Source: a virus. Taken from it: DNA of 64,000 nucleotides. Of the stretch, positions 49,033 through 58,752 are shown piece by piece; the stretch's first letter is position 1; every line of letters begins with the position of its first letter. The position numbers and the translations under genes are program-made. Under the pieces are notes generated by a model that did no database searches, was not told the origin of the DNA, and was given only the letters and a program-made list of their open reading frames with translations. The DNA is taken from positions 4,092 through 68,091 of IMG/VR virus record IMGVR_UViG_3300045257_000045; one strand, 5' to 3'.

Positions 49033-52000
49033 GAGCTTGCCATCCTTGCCCGTCTCACCGCTTCTTGCGATACCCGGTCGCCTCCCCCTCCTCCAATGTC
49101 GCTGGAGGATGGAGGTAAGACATTGGTTGTGCCGTTAGGGTTAATGGTTCCGGTGGCCGTTAGCGTGTAACCGGACAACTGCAACTGAACGTTGATCGTC
49201 GTAGGTAGTGCGTTGAACAACCCAGGCGTCGCGGAGAACAAACCCCCGTTAGAGGAGATTCCGGCCACGATCTTTTGCAGGTCTGTGTACTTCAAGATCT
49301 GCAAGTCGAGAGCGGCGATCTGTAGTGCGTTGTCCTGCGCGTGCAAGTCCGAGATGTTCTGGGCGATGGTGAACACCGTGCTCTCCAAAGTGACCTTCTG
49401 GGTAGTAAGGTCAATCTGGGCATCGAGAGCCACGAGTTGCGCGTTATACGTTGACGTGATCTGGGCCAGTTGTTGCCCAGTCTGGATGGAGCCAGCGCGA
49501 CGCTCGATGGAGTCCTTGTTGGTAACATCGAAGACTTGCTGGTTGTACTGCTGCGTCAACGTCAACTTCTGTTGAAGGAGTCCGTTGAGCTGAATGGCAT
49601 CTTGCACCGCTTGGTCGTGACCTTGGTTCAAGGTCTCGTTCGATGTCTTCTGGATCTGCTGCAACTGAAGCGAGAGGTATTCCTGAGCCGCCGCTGCATC
49701 CCCGCCCGCAGCCAAATAGTCGGCCACCTGCTGGTTGATCTGCACCCACTCCTGGTTGATGGTAGTCAACGTGTCGGAGTGAAGTCGCAGGCTGTCGAGA
49801 GAGGACTGGAAGGTAGCCAGAGTCTGACGCTGCTGGAACTCCAGAGACGCCACTTGAGCCTGCAAGTCCGGTAGGATCTTGTTCAGCTCATCCTGCCCTC
49901 CTTTCAGACCAGACAGTCTGGAGATCGCAGATGCTTCCTCTTGTTTGACCGCAGCCAGCGTAGCGGCTAGGTCAGCCTGATGGTTGGCGTACGCCGCCAT
50001 CGTCTTCTTGTTCTGGGTCTCGATGTCAACAGCGATGTGCTTTGCAGCCGCTGTGAGGATCTCCCCAATCGTGCTCATGATCGTACCGGCTGCGCTGGCG
50101 ATTACACCGCCGATTCCGGGGATCATGGCCCCGAACTGGCTGGTCAAAGCGCCGACACCTCCGATAGTTCCACCGGCTTGTTGCCCAGCCTCGTAGGTCT
50201 TGGCGGCGTTGGCTACGCTCTTGAAGACGTTAGCGCCTATGGTTGCGTAGGCACCGATCTCATTGTCGTGCCCCGTTACACCCCCACCCTTGCCTCCGTT
50301 TGCTGCGTCCGCTTTCGACGCCGCATCCAGAGCATTCTTGACGTTCATGCCCGCCAGGAAGTTGATGAGTTTGTTACCGGCCTGCCCCCACGTTTCCGCC
50401 GACTTGTTGTATTGGGTCGTTAGATTCGCAAGCGCAGTTTCAGAAGCTGTGACTGCGGCAACGAACGCATCCCGCGCCCTCTCTACTGCCGGGTCGCTGA
50501 AGTTGTCGTTCTCGTGCGCATTGTTGAACGCGCCTAAATTGTACCTCGCGTTGTCTACGTTATACCGGGCGTCGTCAACAGCCTGGGCCTGGGTAGAACG
50601 GTCGATCATGTTTCGCAGCGCTGGCTGCGGAACCGTACGCGCGATCTCCTCGGCACGCCCTTGAGCGTCCTTGGTGCGATCTACGAACAGCGCCTGGAGT
50701 TCGTGCTGGAGTCGTTTGGTTTCATCCGACTCTACGTTCTTGGCGGCTGCTACTTCGAGCGACGCCTGCTTCTCCTCGATGAGAAGTTCCAGGTTACGCC
50801 GACGAAGATTGTACAGAGCTTCCTGGTCCGCTCTGAGGGTGCCGGGATTGGTTGCCGACACGGCCTGGGCTTCGTACTGGTCCGCTCTGACCAGGGCGTC
50901 TTGCTTGCGCTTGTCGTCAGCTTCCTTCTCCAGAAGAGCTATCCGCTCCTGGGTGCGAAGTTTGCTTTGGTCGGTGAACTGCTGTTCGGCCAAACTCTTC
51001 TTGGCTACGATGTTCGCGTACTCGGTAGTGTGCGCACCGAAGTGGGACAGCTCCTCGTTGTCAACGTCAATCTTGATCTGCCGCTGCTTGAGGATTAGGG
51101 CGGTCTCTTTGTCGAAAGCGTCTACCTTGTCGAGATAGCCTTCCTGGGCGAGTAGTTTTACGTACGCCAGTTCCGTCTTGGCAGATTCCTCCCGGAGGGA
51201 GATCAAATGCTTGGAGGCGTTTTCAGCCTGCGTCGCGTCTTCGGCGTTAGCGGCCTTCTGGGCAGCGGAGATCTGGTTGCGGATCTGCTGGTTCAGCGCA
51301 GAGAACTTCTCTCCGGTGTTGGTCTGGTCCTTATCAAACGCCCCTATAGCGTCGTCATGCCTCTGCTTGTTCTTTGCGTCGAACGGTTCTTTGACCAGCT
51401 TCTCTCGGTACTTGACGGCCTCTGCCGCCAAGGCATCCTGAACCTTAGCAAGCTCAGCTATTTCAGCTTCCCCGTTAACACGTACCTGCTCAGCGGCTTC
51501 CTTGTGGGAGAGCGTCTTGGATGCCGTAGACTCGGCTACAGCGTTGTCTAGCTCCCTGTACTTCTCCTTGACGGACTCGACGTACGCAAAGACATTTGCT
51601 TTGTCGTCGTCGTATGCCTTCTTCTCTTCCCCGAAAGATTGACGGGCGAGTTTTGCAGGCTCCGTCCTGGGCTCTGTTTTGCTGGTAATTTTGCGGTGGA
51701 GGCTACGGCTCTCGCTGGGGCCGGTGGTGTCCCCGTTGTCGTTAGTGCCTAGAAGGTCGTCTACCGCCTTCTTGTTCTGGGACATTATGTCCAGAAACGA
51801 CTTGTTAGCCTCTTCTAGTTTCTTGGGGTCTCTCCCCGCCATCATGTGCTCGAAGCCGTTCGCCGCGAGTTGCGCCGCGAAGGCAATGCCTTGCAGAGAC
51901 ACACCCAGCGCCGTGAGCACTCCCATCGACGCCGGTATCTTACCGAGCTGGAGAACCATGTTCGCCAAGCCAGAGCCTAGGTCGAGCATGACTTCAGCGA

Positions 52001-53897
52001 ACGTTCTTAGAGATGAGGTTAACTTTCCCTCGTTCTGCGATATCCAGGTGTTCAGTTCCCGGAGCCAGCCGCTCAACTTCTCCGACAGCTCTGATGCTCC
52101 CGCAGCTTCCAAACGTTCAATATACAAACTGAGCTGACCACTGGCGCTCTGCCAGTCGTCCTTCATCGAAGCCAGCGCCAACTGATGCGCCTTCATTGCC
52201 GGGAGGTTGCCGATACGCTCTAAAAGGTCCTGATTCTTCAGACCCTCCGCTACGAGCTTCTTGGCTGCTTCCGCCGACAGGTCGAGAACCTGGAGTAGTG
52301 CTGCACCATGCGGTAAAGAACCCTCAAGGAACTTAGGTATCTCCGACACAGCGCGCTGAATGGTGTTCGCATTGCGCCCAGACGCCTTGAAGGCGACTCC
52401 CAGGTCGGTGGCGAGGTCGATCAACTCCTTAGTGTCTTTGACACCAGCCGCAGCCCCGTTGTCAGCCAAGCTCTTGAAGATGTTGGTGAGCTGGTCTGGC
52501 TTCGTGTGGGTGGCGATGGCAGCGTCTTGGAACGCCTTGACGATCTCCGGGGCGGCAACGGAAGCCTGCCTGAAGTTCTCGGCCAAGTCGGCGGAGTACT
52601 GGACATTGGCTTGGAGAACCCCCCGTAGTTCGTCGGCCTTAGCCTCTAACTCGCGAGTGTATTTAACGCCGTCTTCCAGAGCCTTGAACGGGGAGCTGAG
52701 AAGATCAGTCACACCCTGCACAAGGCTACCGATAACGCGCCACAGGACAACGAACTCTGTGATTTGTAAAAGCTGCTTGCCGAAGTTTTCGAAGCCCTTC
52801 TCGTGAATGGCTTGCATCTTCTTGGCGGCGGCTTCGGCGGCGGCTACCGCCTTTTCCTCTGCTGCTTCTTGAGCGGCTGTGTACTCGCTAAGCGCTCTTT
52901 GGTGGCCGATTTGAATCTCTTCGTCAAGAGCCTTCGCGGCGGAGGCGCGCTTCTCGGCGGCGGCGATGAGACGGTCGGTCTGCTGGTAGGTCGCTTCTAC
53001 TTCTTCGTCCAGCACCCTTTGGTGCTCTAACTGGATTTCTTCGTCCAGTTCCTGGGCGGCTTCGGCGCGCTTGATGGAAGCGGCTATGAGGCGGTCTGTC
53101 TGGGCGTAGGTCTGCTCCAGCTCCTCGTCCAGCATCCCTTGGTGGCGAACCTGAATCTCCTCGTCAAGAACCTTAGCGGCGTCGGCGCGTTTCTCTGCGT
53201 TGGCAATTAACCTATCGGTGTAGGCGTACTCAGCTTCTTGCTGTTTCTCTAAATTGGCGTTGAATGTCTCGTAGTACTTATTGAGAATGGCCTCTCTCTC
53301 CACGGAGAGTTCTTCGTCCATTGCTTTCGAGGCATCTGCCCGCTTCTCGGCCAACTCAATGAGTTTGTCGGTGTAGGCGTACTCAGCTTCTAGTTGCTCC
53401 GCTAGCTTCGCCTGCTGGTCGTCCAGAGCCGTGGTGCGGTCGTCCTGAAACCGTGCCTCTTTCTTATCCCTACCCGCTGTCTGCGGCAAGGACCCCGACC
53501 CTTCAGCCAGAGCCTGCCGTGCGGCGGCGATCTGGTTGATGCCGTCGATCTCCTGTTCTACACGGGCCTGCTGCTTGGCAGCGTTCTCCGCCTGGATAAG
53601 ATCTACCTTAGAGGCTACTGCGGCGAGAGCTTCCGCTCCTTGGTTGGCGGCTGCTGTGGTTTCGCCCGAGAACTCGTTGAACGCGCCCGTCAGCCCCTGT
53701 ACGGCCTGCATGACATTGCTGATCTCTTTTTGGAGACCGGCGAACATGCCCACCCCGACTGAGCCGGGGGCTTTCCCTTCCATGTCCGCAACCCAGTCAA
53801 GGTACGCGGTCTTGATGTCTGCCAAGGACTCAGCAAACTTTTCCTTGCTGACGGTAATCGCCAACACCTCGTTAAATTGTGCTTCCTGGTCGGGCAT
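49029..53897 (-). CDS. Tape measure protein
   Basis: 1622-aa Ala/Glu/Gln-rich helical ORF downstream of the tail chaperones; internal repeats. Confidence 0.9.
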   Translation of the reverse strand: MPDQEAQFNEVLAITVSKEKFAESLADIKTAYLDWVADMEGKAPGSVGVGMFAGLQKEISNVMQAVQGLTGAFNEFSGETTAAANQGAEALAAVASKVDLIQAENAAKQQARVEQEIDGINQIAAARQALAEGSGSLPQTAGRDKKEARFQDDRTTALDDQQAKLAEQLEAEYAYTDKLIELAEKRADASKAMDEELSVEREAILNKYYETFNANLEKQQEAEYAYTDRLIANAEKRADAAKVLDEEIQVRHQGMLDEELEQTYAQTDRLIAASIKRAEAAQELDEEIQLEHQRVLDEEVEATYQQTDRLIAAAEKRASAAKALDEEIQIGHQRALSEYTAAQEAAEEKAVAAAEAAAKKMQAIHEKGFENFGKQLLQITEFVVLWRVIGSLVQGVTDLLSSPFKALEDGVKYTRELEAKADELRGVLQANVQYSADLAENFRQASVAAPEIVKAFQDAAIATHTKPDQLTNIFKSLADNGAAAGVKDTKELIDLATDLGVAFKASGRNANTIQRAVSEIPKFLEGSLPHGAALLQVLDLSAEAAKKLVAEGLKNQDLLERIGNLPAMKAHQLALASMKDDWQSASGQLSLYIERLEAAGASELSEKLSGWLRELNTWISQNEGKLTSSLRTFAEVMLDLGSGLANMVLQLGKIPASMGVLTALGVSLQGIAFAAQLAANGFEHMMAGRDPKKLEEANKSFLDIMSQNKKAVDDLLGTNDNGDTTGPSESRSLHRKITSKTEPRTEPAKLARQSFGEEKKAYDDDKANVFAYVESVKEKYRELDNAVAESTASKTLSHKEAAEQVRVNGEAEIAELAKVQDALAAEAVKYREKLVKEPFDAKNKQRHDDAIGAFDKDQTNTGEKFSALNQQIRNQISAAQKAANAEDATQAENASKHLISLREESAKTELAYVKLLAQEGYLDKVDAFDKETALILKQRQIKIDVDNEELSHFGAHTTEYANIVAKKSLAEQQFTDQSKLRTQERIALLEKEADDKRKQDALVRADQYEAQAVSATNPGTLRADQEALYNLRRRNLELLIEEKQASLEVAAAKNVESDETKRLQHELQALFVDRTKDAQGRAEEIARTVPQPALRNMIDRSTQAQAVDDARYNVDNARYNLGAFNNAHENDNFSDPAVERARDAFVAAVTASETALANLTTQYNKSAETWGQAGNKLINFLAGMNVKNALDAASKADAANGGKGGGVTGHDNEIGAYATIGANVFKSVANAAKTYEAGQQAGGTIGGVGALTSQFGAMIPGIGGVIASAAGTIMSTIGEILTAAAKHIAVDIETQNKKTMAAYANHQADLAATLAAVKQEEASAISRLSGLKGGQDELNKILPDLQAQVASLEFQQRQTLATFQSSLDSLRLHSDTLTTINQEWVQINQQVADYLAAGGDAAAAQEYLSLQLQQIQKTSNETLNQGHDQAVQDAIQLNGLLQQKLTLTQQYNQQVFDVTNKDSIERRAGSIQTGQQLAQITSTYNAQLVALDAQIDLTTQKVTLESTVFTIAQNISDLHAQDNALQIAALDLQILKYTDLQKIVAGISSNGGLFSATPGLFNALPTTINVQLQLSGYTLTATGTINPNGTTNVLPPSSSDIGGGGGDRVSQEAVRRARMASS
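52860..53400 (-). repeat. Degenerate 33-40-aa tandem repeats in the tape measure
   Basis: Four units of the type EYAYTDRLIANAEKRADAAKVLDEEIQ. Confidence 0.8.
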
Positions 53898-53919
53898 GGT
53901 TTGCGAATCTCCTGGTGGG

Positions 53920-54477
53920 TTAGTGGTCTATTACAGTGGCTAGATCCGCGAACTCGCTGGCGGCGGTTCTGCCGCGCAGTCTTCCTGCTGGGATCTCGTC
54001 GGTGCCTGCCCGTGTGCCGGGGATGTGTTCGGCTATGCTTTCCACGATGGTCTGTAACGCTGACTGCGTGGCTTCGTGTAAGGCGGATTGCAGGGCGTTG
54101 AGATCGTCGGCGGCGTTGTCGCTTTCGAACGCTTCGCGGATCATCCTGCCTGTCTCTGCGTGAATCTCCGGTATCACCTTGCCAACGGAGTGGCGGGCAG
54201 GGATGCCTGGGTGGTCAACGTGCCTAGTTCTCGTAACAACGCCGCCAGGACCGGGGAAGCGAAGTTCTTTTGCGACGACTGGGTCTATGGAGTAGGAGTG
54301 CCCAGACGCTTGCGGGGCTTCACCAGCGGCTCCTGTTCCGTACTCCTGCCAGTACCACCAACTCACTTCGTCAGGGACGTGGATGCGGGAGCCCAGAGGC
54401 TGAGCCCCCGACCACTTATCTATGCGCGCTTGGATCTGCTCCGCAAACTGTCCTTCGAACTTGGCGTCGAACGTCAT
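53920..54477 (-). CDS. Neck/tail-completion-like protein (HK97 gp10-like)
   Basis: WQEYGTG...HVDHPGIPARH motif. Confidence 0.6.
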   Translation of the reverse strand: MTFDAKFEGQFAEQIQARIDKWSGAQPLGSRIHVPDEVSWWYWQEYGTGAAGEAPQASGHSYSIDPVVAKELRFPGPGGVVTRTRHVDHPGIPARHSVGKVIPEIHAETGRMIREAFESDNAADDLNALQSALHEATQSALQTIVESIAEHIPGTRAGTDEIPAGRLRGRTAASEFADLATVIDH

Positions 54478-54488
54478 AGAGCACTCCT

Positions 54489-54827
54489 TTAGAAGTCGGC
54501 GTAGTATTGACCCATCTCGGAGTCGGTTAGCTGGCTTAGGCGTTTGCCGTTGAACACCACAGGGTCGATAGCGTCTAGGGCGGCTTCTGCGTCCTTCTCC
54601 TCCTCACGCTTCTTGGAGTCGAAGTCTGCTTTCTCTTTAGCGCGGTCGGAGTTGATGCTCGACGCGTGGTTGAGAATGAGAAGTTGGGGAAGGGTAAGCG
54701 AGAGTGCCTGCTTGAGGTCCCAGTGGTAGGCTTCGCACAGCGACGCTACGAAGATGAATGGATTTCCTTTGTCTTCTATTTTCGTTGCATAGCCGCTCTC
54801 AGCAGAGGGGCTATCTGTTCGAAAAAA
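54489..54827 (-). CDS. -1 frameshift extension of the tail assembly chaperone (gpGT-like)
   Basis: Open -1 frame from the slippery site (RTDSPSAESGY...CEAYHWDLKQALSLTLPQL...YYADF*) with no usable start of its own. Confidence 0.8.
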   Translation of the reverse strand, partial: FFRTDSPSAESGYATKIEDKGNPFIFVASLCEAYHWDLKQALSLTLPQLLILNHASSINSDRAKEKADFDSKKREEEKDAEAALDAIDPVVFNGKRLSQLTDSEMGQYYADF

Positions 54828-55237
54828 CTTTTCACTGCGGTGATGATCTGGTTCTGCTCAATCTGCGCCAGGACAACCGTTGCCAGGACGAACGGCGTCT
54901 TGCCCAGTTTCTTGACCTCAGCGACGGTGATCGTGGGGTCTGACTGTGCGCATACTATGCGGGCCATCTCAGGCAGAGACTTGGCGCAGTAGGTGATGAG
55001 CGTGGCGGGGGTCAGACTGTCTAGCAGACCGGTGTTCTTCACGCCTGGGAGACTGCCCAGCAGTGCCTCTATCAAGGGTTGGACCTGGGCGATGAACAGC
55101 ATGTAATCGTCGTACTCAAGGTCCAGTACAGGGAATTCTCGATCCCCCAGTTTTATCGTGCGTAGTGCGAGAGACGGATCGTTGGTGGCGGCGCGGACGA
55201 TCTCCACCTGCGTCATGGTAGGTTCGTTTGTGTTCAT
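54776..55237 (-). CDS. Tail assembly chaperone (gpG-like)
   Basis: Between tail tube and tape measure; slippery T TTT TTC near its 3' end. Confidence 0.8.
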   Translation of the reverse strand: MNTNEPTMTQVEIVRAATNDPSLALRTIKLGDREFPVLDLEYDDYMLFIAQVQPLIEALLGSLPGVKNTGLLDSLTPATLITYCAKSLPEMARIVCAQSDPTITVAEVKKLGKTPFVLATVVLAQIEQNQIITAVKSFFEQIAPLLRAAMQRK

Positions 55238-55251
55238 AGGCTTCGTAGCAA

Positions 55252-55293
55252 CAAAAAACAGCCCCGCAGTGCCGAGTGGCAGAGCGGGGCTGT
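55252..55293 (-). terminator. Intrinsic terminator
   Basis: ACAGCCCCGC...GCGGGGCTGT stem followed by TTTTT on - strand. Confidence 0.85.
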
Positions 55294-55321
55294 GATTTTG
55301 AGTGGGATTCTCCTACCTTTA

Positions 55322-55351
55322 AGTATCGCACACACCGGACACGGTTGTCAA
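55322..55351 (-). promoter_or_regulatory. Conserved promoter copy 6
   Basis: On - strand TTGACA-ACCGTGTCCGGTGTGTGC(18)-GATACT. Confidence 0.85.
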
Positions 55352-55355
55352 GTGA

Positions 55356-55958
55356 TTACGCGAAAATTCCGTGGGTGAATGCCGTGTCATTTCCCTGCCA
55401 CGTGAACAGCGGGAAGTCGCACATTGCTTTGACCGACGTTTCGTCGCCCGAGCTGTTGTAGGACAGCGAGACGAACGCAGCCGGGTTGTAGAGCTGGACT
55501 TCCTTACCGTCCAGGATGTTCTGGGCGACGAGCAGCACAGCCTTGGTGACGATGGACTCCGAACCGAGACCGTACATCACGATGCTGCCAGCGGTGATGA
55601 TCGAGGCGGTGAGGCCGGTCAGCGACTCCACAACCACGTCATCGAACTGCGCCAAGTCGGCTTCGACGCTGGCGGTCTTCTTGTCGATGTAAATGCCGCG
55701 AAGCACCTGCTCGATACCGGTACGAACTTCCTTGGTGCTCTTGGTGTACGTGATCTTGGCAAGGCCGTTCACGACGCCGAGATCGGTCCATCCGCTGGGC
55801 AGGGTGCCGTTGCTTTTAACAAGCACCGGGGTAGCCGTGACGTCAGGGGACTTGATGTAAAAGCGAGGGGCAGTGATGAACTTGACCGACTGAAGACCGG
55901 TTCTGCCGGTCGCGACCATCGGGGTCTGCCTTGTATTCAGGTTAGAAACAATAGACAT
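55356..55958 (-). CDS. Major tail tube protein
   Basis: GWTDLG motif, 200 aa beta-rich, strongly biased codons, synteny. Confidence 0.8.
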   Translation of the reverse strand: MSIVSNLNTRQTPMVATGRTGLQSVKFITAPRFYIKSPDVTATPVLVKSNGTLPSGWTDLGVVNGLAKITYTKSTKEVRTGIEQVLRGIYIDKKTASVEADLAQFDDVVVESLTGLTASIITAGSIVMYGLGSESIVTKAVLLVAQNILDGKEVQLYNPAAFVSLSYNSSGDETSVKAMCDFPLFTWQGNDTAFTHGIFA

Positions 55959-55987
55959 TGAAAATCTCCTTGTGAAAAAACTTGGTG

Positions 55988-56404
55988 TTACTGGGTATAG
56001 AACTTGGTGGACAGAGTGCAGCTAAAGTGACAATACGCCGAGGCCGAAATCCTCTTAAAGCTGATTCTGTGTCGATCCCACATCAGGTTGGTGTGCAGCG
56101 CGCGAGGCGCTGACGGATCTGTGTAGTCGAGTAGCGGGGTAAAGTATCGCGCCTTCAGCAGTCCGAATAGAACAGCCACGGTGTCAGCGGCGTCATTCTC
56201 GTCATCGTAAACTACGTCCAAGAACGCCTGCTGAGTAGTCAGGCTGATGCCCGACGTGAGGTTGCCGAAGGACACGTTAATGGAGTTCATCTTCAGCGGT
56301 TCTGTAGCGCGGTTGTTAGGGTCTACGCGAACGGGGTTCAAGATACTTGGATCGGGAAGATTGTCAGCCAGAAAGTGAAGTAGCGAGTCTCGTGAATTTA
56401 TCAT
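55988..56404 (-). CDS. Tail terminator-like protein
   Basis: Size and position just upstream of the tail tube. Confidence 0.6.
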   Translation of the reverse strand: MINSRDSLLHFLADNLPDPSILNPVRVDPNNRATEPLKMNSINVSFGNLTSGISLTTQQAFLDVVYDDENDAADTVAVLFGLLKARYFTPLLDYTDPSAPRALHTNLMWDRHRISFKRISASAYCHFSCTLSTKFYTQ

Positions 56405-56408
56405 AGGG

Positions 56409-56828
56409 CTACCTCTTCTTGCTGCATAGGATCAGGTTGAAGCCGATATCCTCACCCTTCAAAAACATTGTCGAGAATCCGCAAATGAAGAACACCTCGT
56501 CCTTACCCAGCGCATCCCTAAACAGGATCGACAGGTTGGGGTCGGTAACGTCCGACAATGTCATGGCAGTTGCAGACACGGTCAGCAAGTACTCGGCATC
56601 AGGGGACAGTGACGTCCCTGCGATCACCAGCGGGTAGTTCTTGGCGGCTACCGTCACCGAAGGTTGCGGGTCCATGAGAACCTCGTTGTTCGTCGTACCC
56701 ACTCCTCTGCCGGTCAGTGGGTCGCCTCCGCCCTGCATAGAGCGCCTGATGTAGACGTCCCTGTCGGTGATGGTGAACCGGCGCAGCACGCTGTCTAGTT
56801 TGGCTTTGATCCCTGCTACGCTTGGCAT
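56409..56828 (-). CDS. Head closure/stopper-like protein
   Basis: Size, GDPLTG motif, synteny. Confidence 0.55.
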   Translation of the reverse strand: MPSVAGIKAKLDSVLRRFTITDRDVYIRRSMQGGGDPLTGRGVGTTNNEVLMDPQPSVTVAAKNYPLVIAGTSLSPDAEYLLTVSATAMTLSDVTDPNLSILFRDALGKDEVFFICGFSTMFLKGEDIGFNLILCSKKR

Positions 56829-57419
56829 TTACGACCTTCCTAACCGGCTGCTTGAGCGCATTAAGAACGGCCTGCACATCTCCAGAGCGGAGGGGGCGAA
56901 CTGACTACCGTCCTGCAAGTAGCTCTGCCGAAGGTGAATGTTGCCGACGTAGGTGGCGTCTGCCGAGATGCCCTGCATTCTATTGGCTATCGCGGTGTCG
57001 TCAAAGTTTAGTGTGTACACAGTCTGCTCACACTGCGCCATCAGGATCGGCTCCGGTACGAACAGATGCCCGTCCGTAACGTCAACGTCCAGGTTCCTGG
57101 GAAACTGTAGGCGTTGCGTGTAGAGGTATTTAGCGGGTGTTAGCCTGTCCATCATCGTGATGACAGTGCGAGTGCGACGGCTGTAGTCAAGCCCAAACTG
57201 CTCTCGGAGAACCGCTGGTGCGGTGAACCTCGCTGTTTCTATAACTCGGCACGCAATGATAAGAAGAGATGTTTTCTGGTCCGTGGACAGAGCACTCCAC
57301 TGCGTAGCTTTCACTGTGCTGTAATGCTGGTTCCAATACCCGTCGCAGTACGCCACGTCAGCGTATGAGTTGGCGTATGGGTCGGTCAACGTGGTGTTCA
57401 GCGTAAGGGATACGGACAT
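56829..57419 (-). CDS. Head-to-tail adaptor
   Basis: ANSYADVA...QRLQFPR...VPEPILMAQCEQ pattern. Confidence 0.75.
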   Translation of the reverse strand: MSVSLTLNTTLTDPYANSYADVAYCDGYWNQHYSTVKATQWSALSTDQKTSLLIIACRVIETARFTAPAVLREQFGLDYSRRTRTVITMMDRLTPAKYLYTQRLQFPRNLDVDVTDGHLFVPEPILMAQCEQTVYTLNFDDTAIANRMQGISADATYVGNIHLRQSYLQDGSQFAPSALEMCRPFLMRSSSRLGRS

Positions 57420-57422
57420 GGT

Positions 57423-57781
57423 CTACTCGCCTTTCTTGGGTTTGGATTTCGATTCTTTCGGCGCTTCAACCACAACTGGAGGGAGTGGGGTGGATAGCGG
57501 GGGCGCTACCAACGGTCCCTCCAGGTGGGACTGAAGCGCTCTGCGATGACGCCAGAGCATTGCCATGACTAGACCTTAGCGGCGAGAGCGGCGGCGCTCA
57601 AGGCGTCGAGAGCCGCGTTGAAGGACGCAGCGTCGGTGGACTTCTGCGCCTCGGCGGGAGCCAGGGGAGCGGTGGCGGAATCAATGGCCGCTTTGATAGC
57701 GTCCACGTTGGCGCTGTCGGCGGCGAAGGTCGCCTCGGCGGCGGCGGTTGCGGTAATAGCGAGGTCAAGAGCGGATTGCAT
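57423..57781 (-). other. Two small genes after the capsid gene (57569-57781 Ala-rich; 57423-57566 Pro/Lys-rich)
   Basis: AGGAG RBS, tight spacing. Confidence 0.6.
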
Positions 57782-57802
57782 ATTTGTGTTCTCCTAATGC
57801 GT

Positions 57803-57833
57803 AAAGTAGGAGGAGCGATTTCTCGCCCCTCCA
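57803..57833 (-). terminator. Terminator-like hairpin after the major capsid gene
   Basis: GGAGGGGCGA-GAAA-TCGCTCCTCC then TACTTT on - strand. Confidence 0.65.
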
Positions 57834-57849
57834 GGGTTGGTCCAACTGG

Positions 57850-58752
57850 TTAGTTGGATTTGATGTTCACGACGTGGATGCTCTTGGCATCTTCCGCCGC
57901 CTGCGCGTTGGTCTTGTCGTCCCAACCGAAGAGGTGCGCGGCGAAGTGGACGTCCGCCGAGATCACATCCTCTTTGCTCAGCGTGTCGCGGTCAAATTCG
58001 ACCTGCACGTTGCGCTGGTAGAACAGGGCCAGAGAACCGGGTCCGACGATGTAGGTCTGGTACTTCAGCACCGAGGACACGGTCGCCTTCTGGACGAGAT
58101 CCGAGATCAGGATGGGCAGACCCATCAAGGTGCCGATCATGCCGGTCTTCATCACGTCGCCGTTGAACTGGTACTGGTTCTGAATCGCGCCGAGACTGAC
58201 GAGGTCACCGTACACTTTGGAGTGCATGATGATTTTGCCGCCAGACAGCATGTCCATGAAGTTGTCACCGATAGTGGTAACCAGCGCCTTGATGATGGCG
58301 TTCTGGGTCACGAAGCCGGTGGTTTCCAGGCCGGTCTGGTCGAACGTGTTCGGCGTCTTCGCCGCTTCGAGCACCAGCGCACCGTCGAGGTAACGCGCAG
58401 CCTTCTGGCTGAGCTGCTTCACGATCTCCTCGCCGGGATCGGCCTTGGAGACCAACGACGCCGTATCGTACACGGCGTACGCACCACCACCGCGCTGCAC
58501 GGTAGCAAACTCGGCGTACGTGGTCACACCGCTCGTGGTGAGCGCGGTGCCTTCGGTCATCGCCACGAAGTCAGCGACCCGCTTGAAGGCGGGCATTTTG
58601 AACTCCGTACCCGGCGAACCCAGGGGCACGGTGGTGTCGATCTCGACCAAGTTGGTGTTGCCAAGAACCATTTTGTCGGGGAACTTAGCGGTGATCTGGT
58701 CCGCCAGAACTTCCGGCGAGATGATGTCTTGAATGCGGGTAACTGCTGCCAT
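57850..58752 (-). CDS. Major capsid protein (HK97 fold, N4-gp56-like family)
   Basis: ISPEVLAD, PGTEFKMPAF, IIMHS, IGTLMGLPILISD, VEFDRD; AAAGGAG RBS; start re-called at 58752. Confidence 0.9.
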   Translation of the reverse strand: MAAVTRIQDIISPEVLADQITAKFPDKMVLGNTNLVEIDTTVPLGSPGTEFKMPAFKRVADFVAMTEGTALTTSGVTTYAEFATVQRGGGAYAVYDTASLVSKADPGEEIVKQLSQKAARYLDGALVLEAAKTPNTFDQTGLETTGFVTQNAIIKALVTTIGDNFMDMLSGGKIIMHSKVYGDLVSLGAIQNQYQFNGDVMKTGMIGTLMGLPILISDLVQKATVSSVLKYQTYIVGPGSLALFYQRNVQVEFDRDTLSKEDVISADVHFAAHLFGWDDKTNAQAAEDAKSIHVVNIKSN

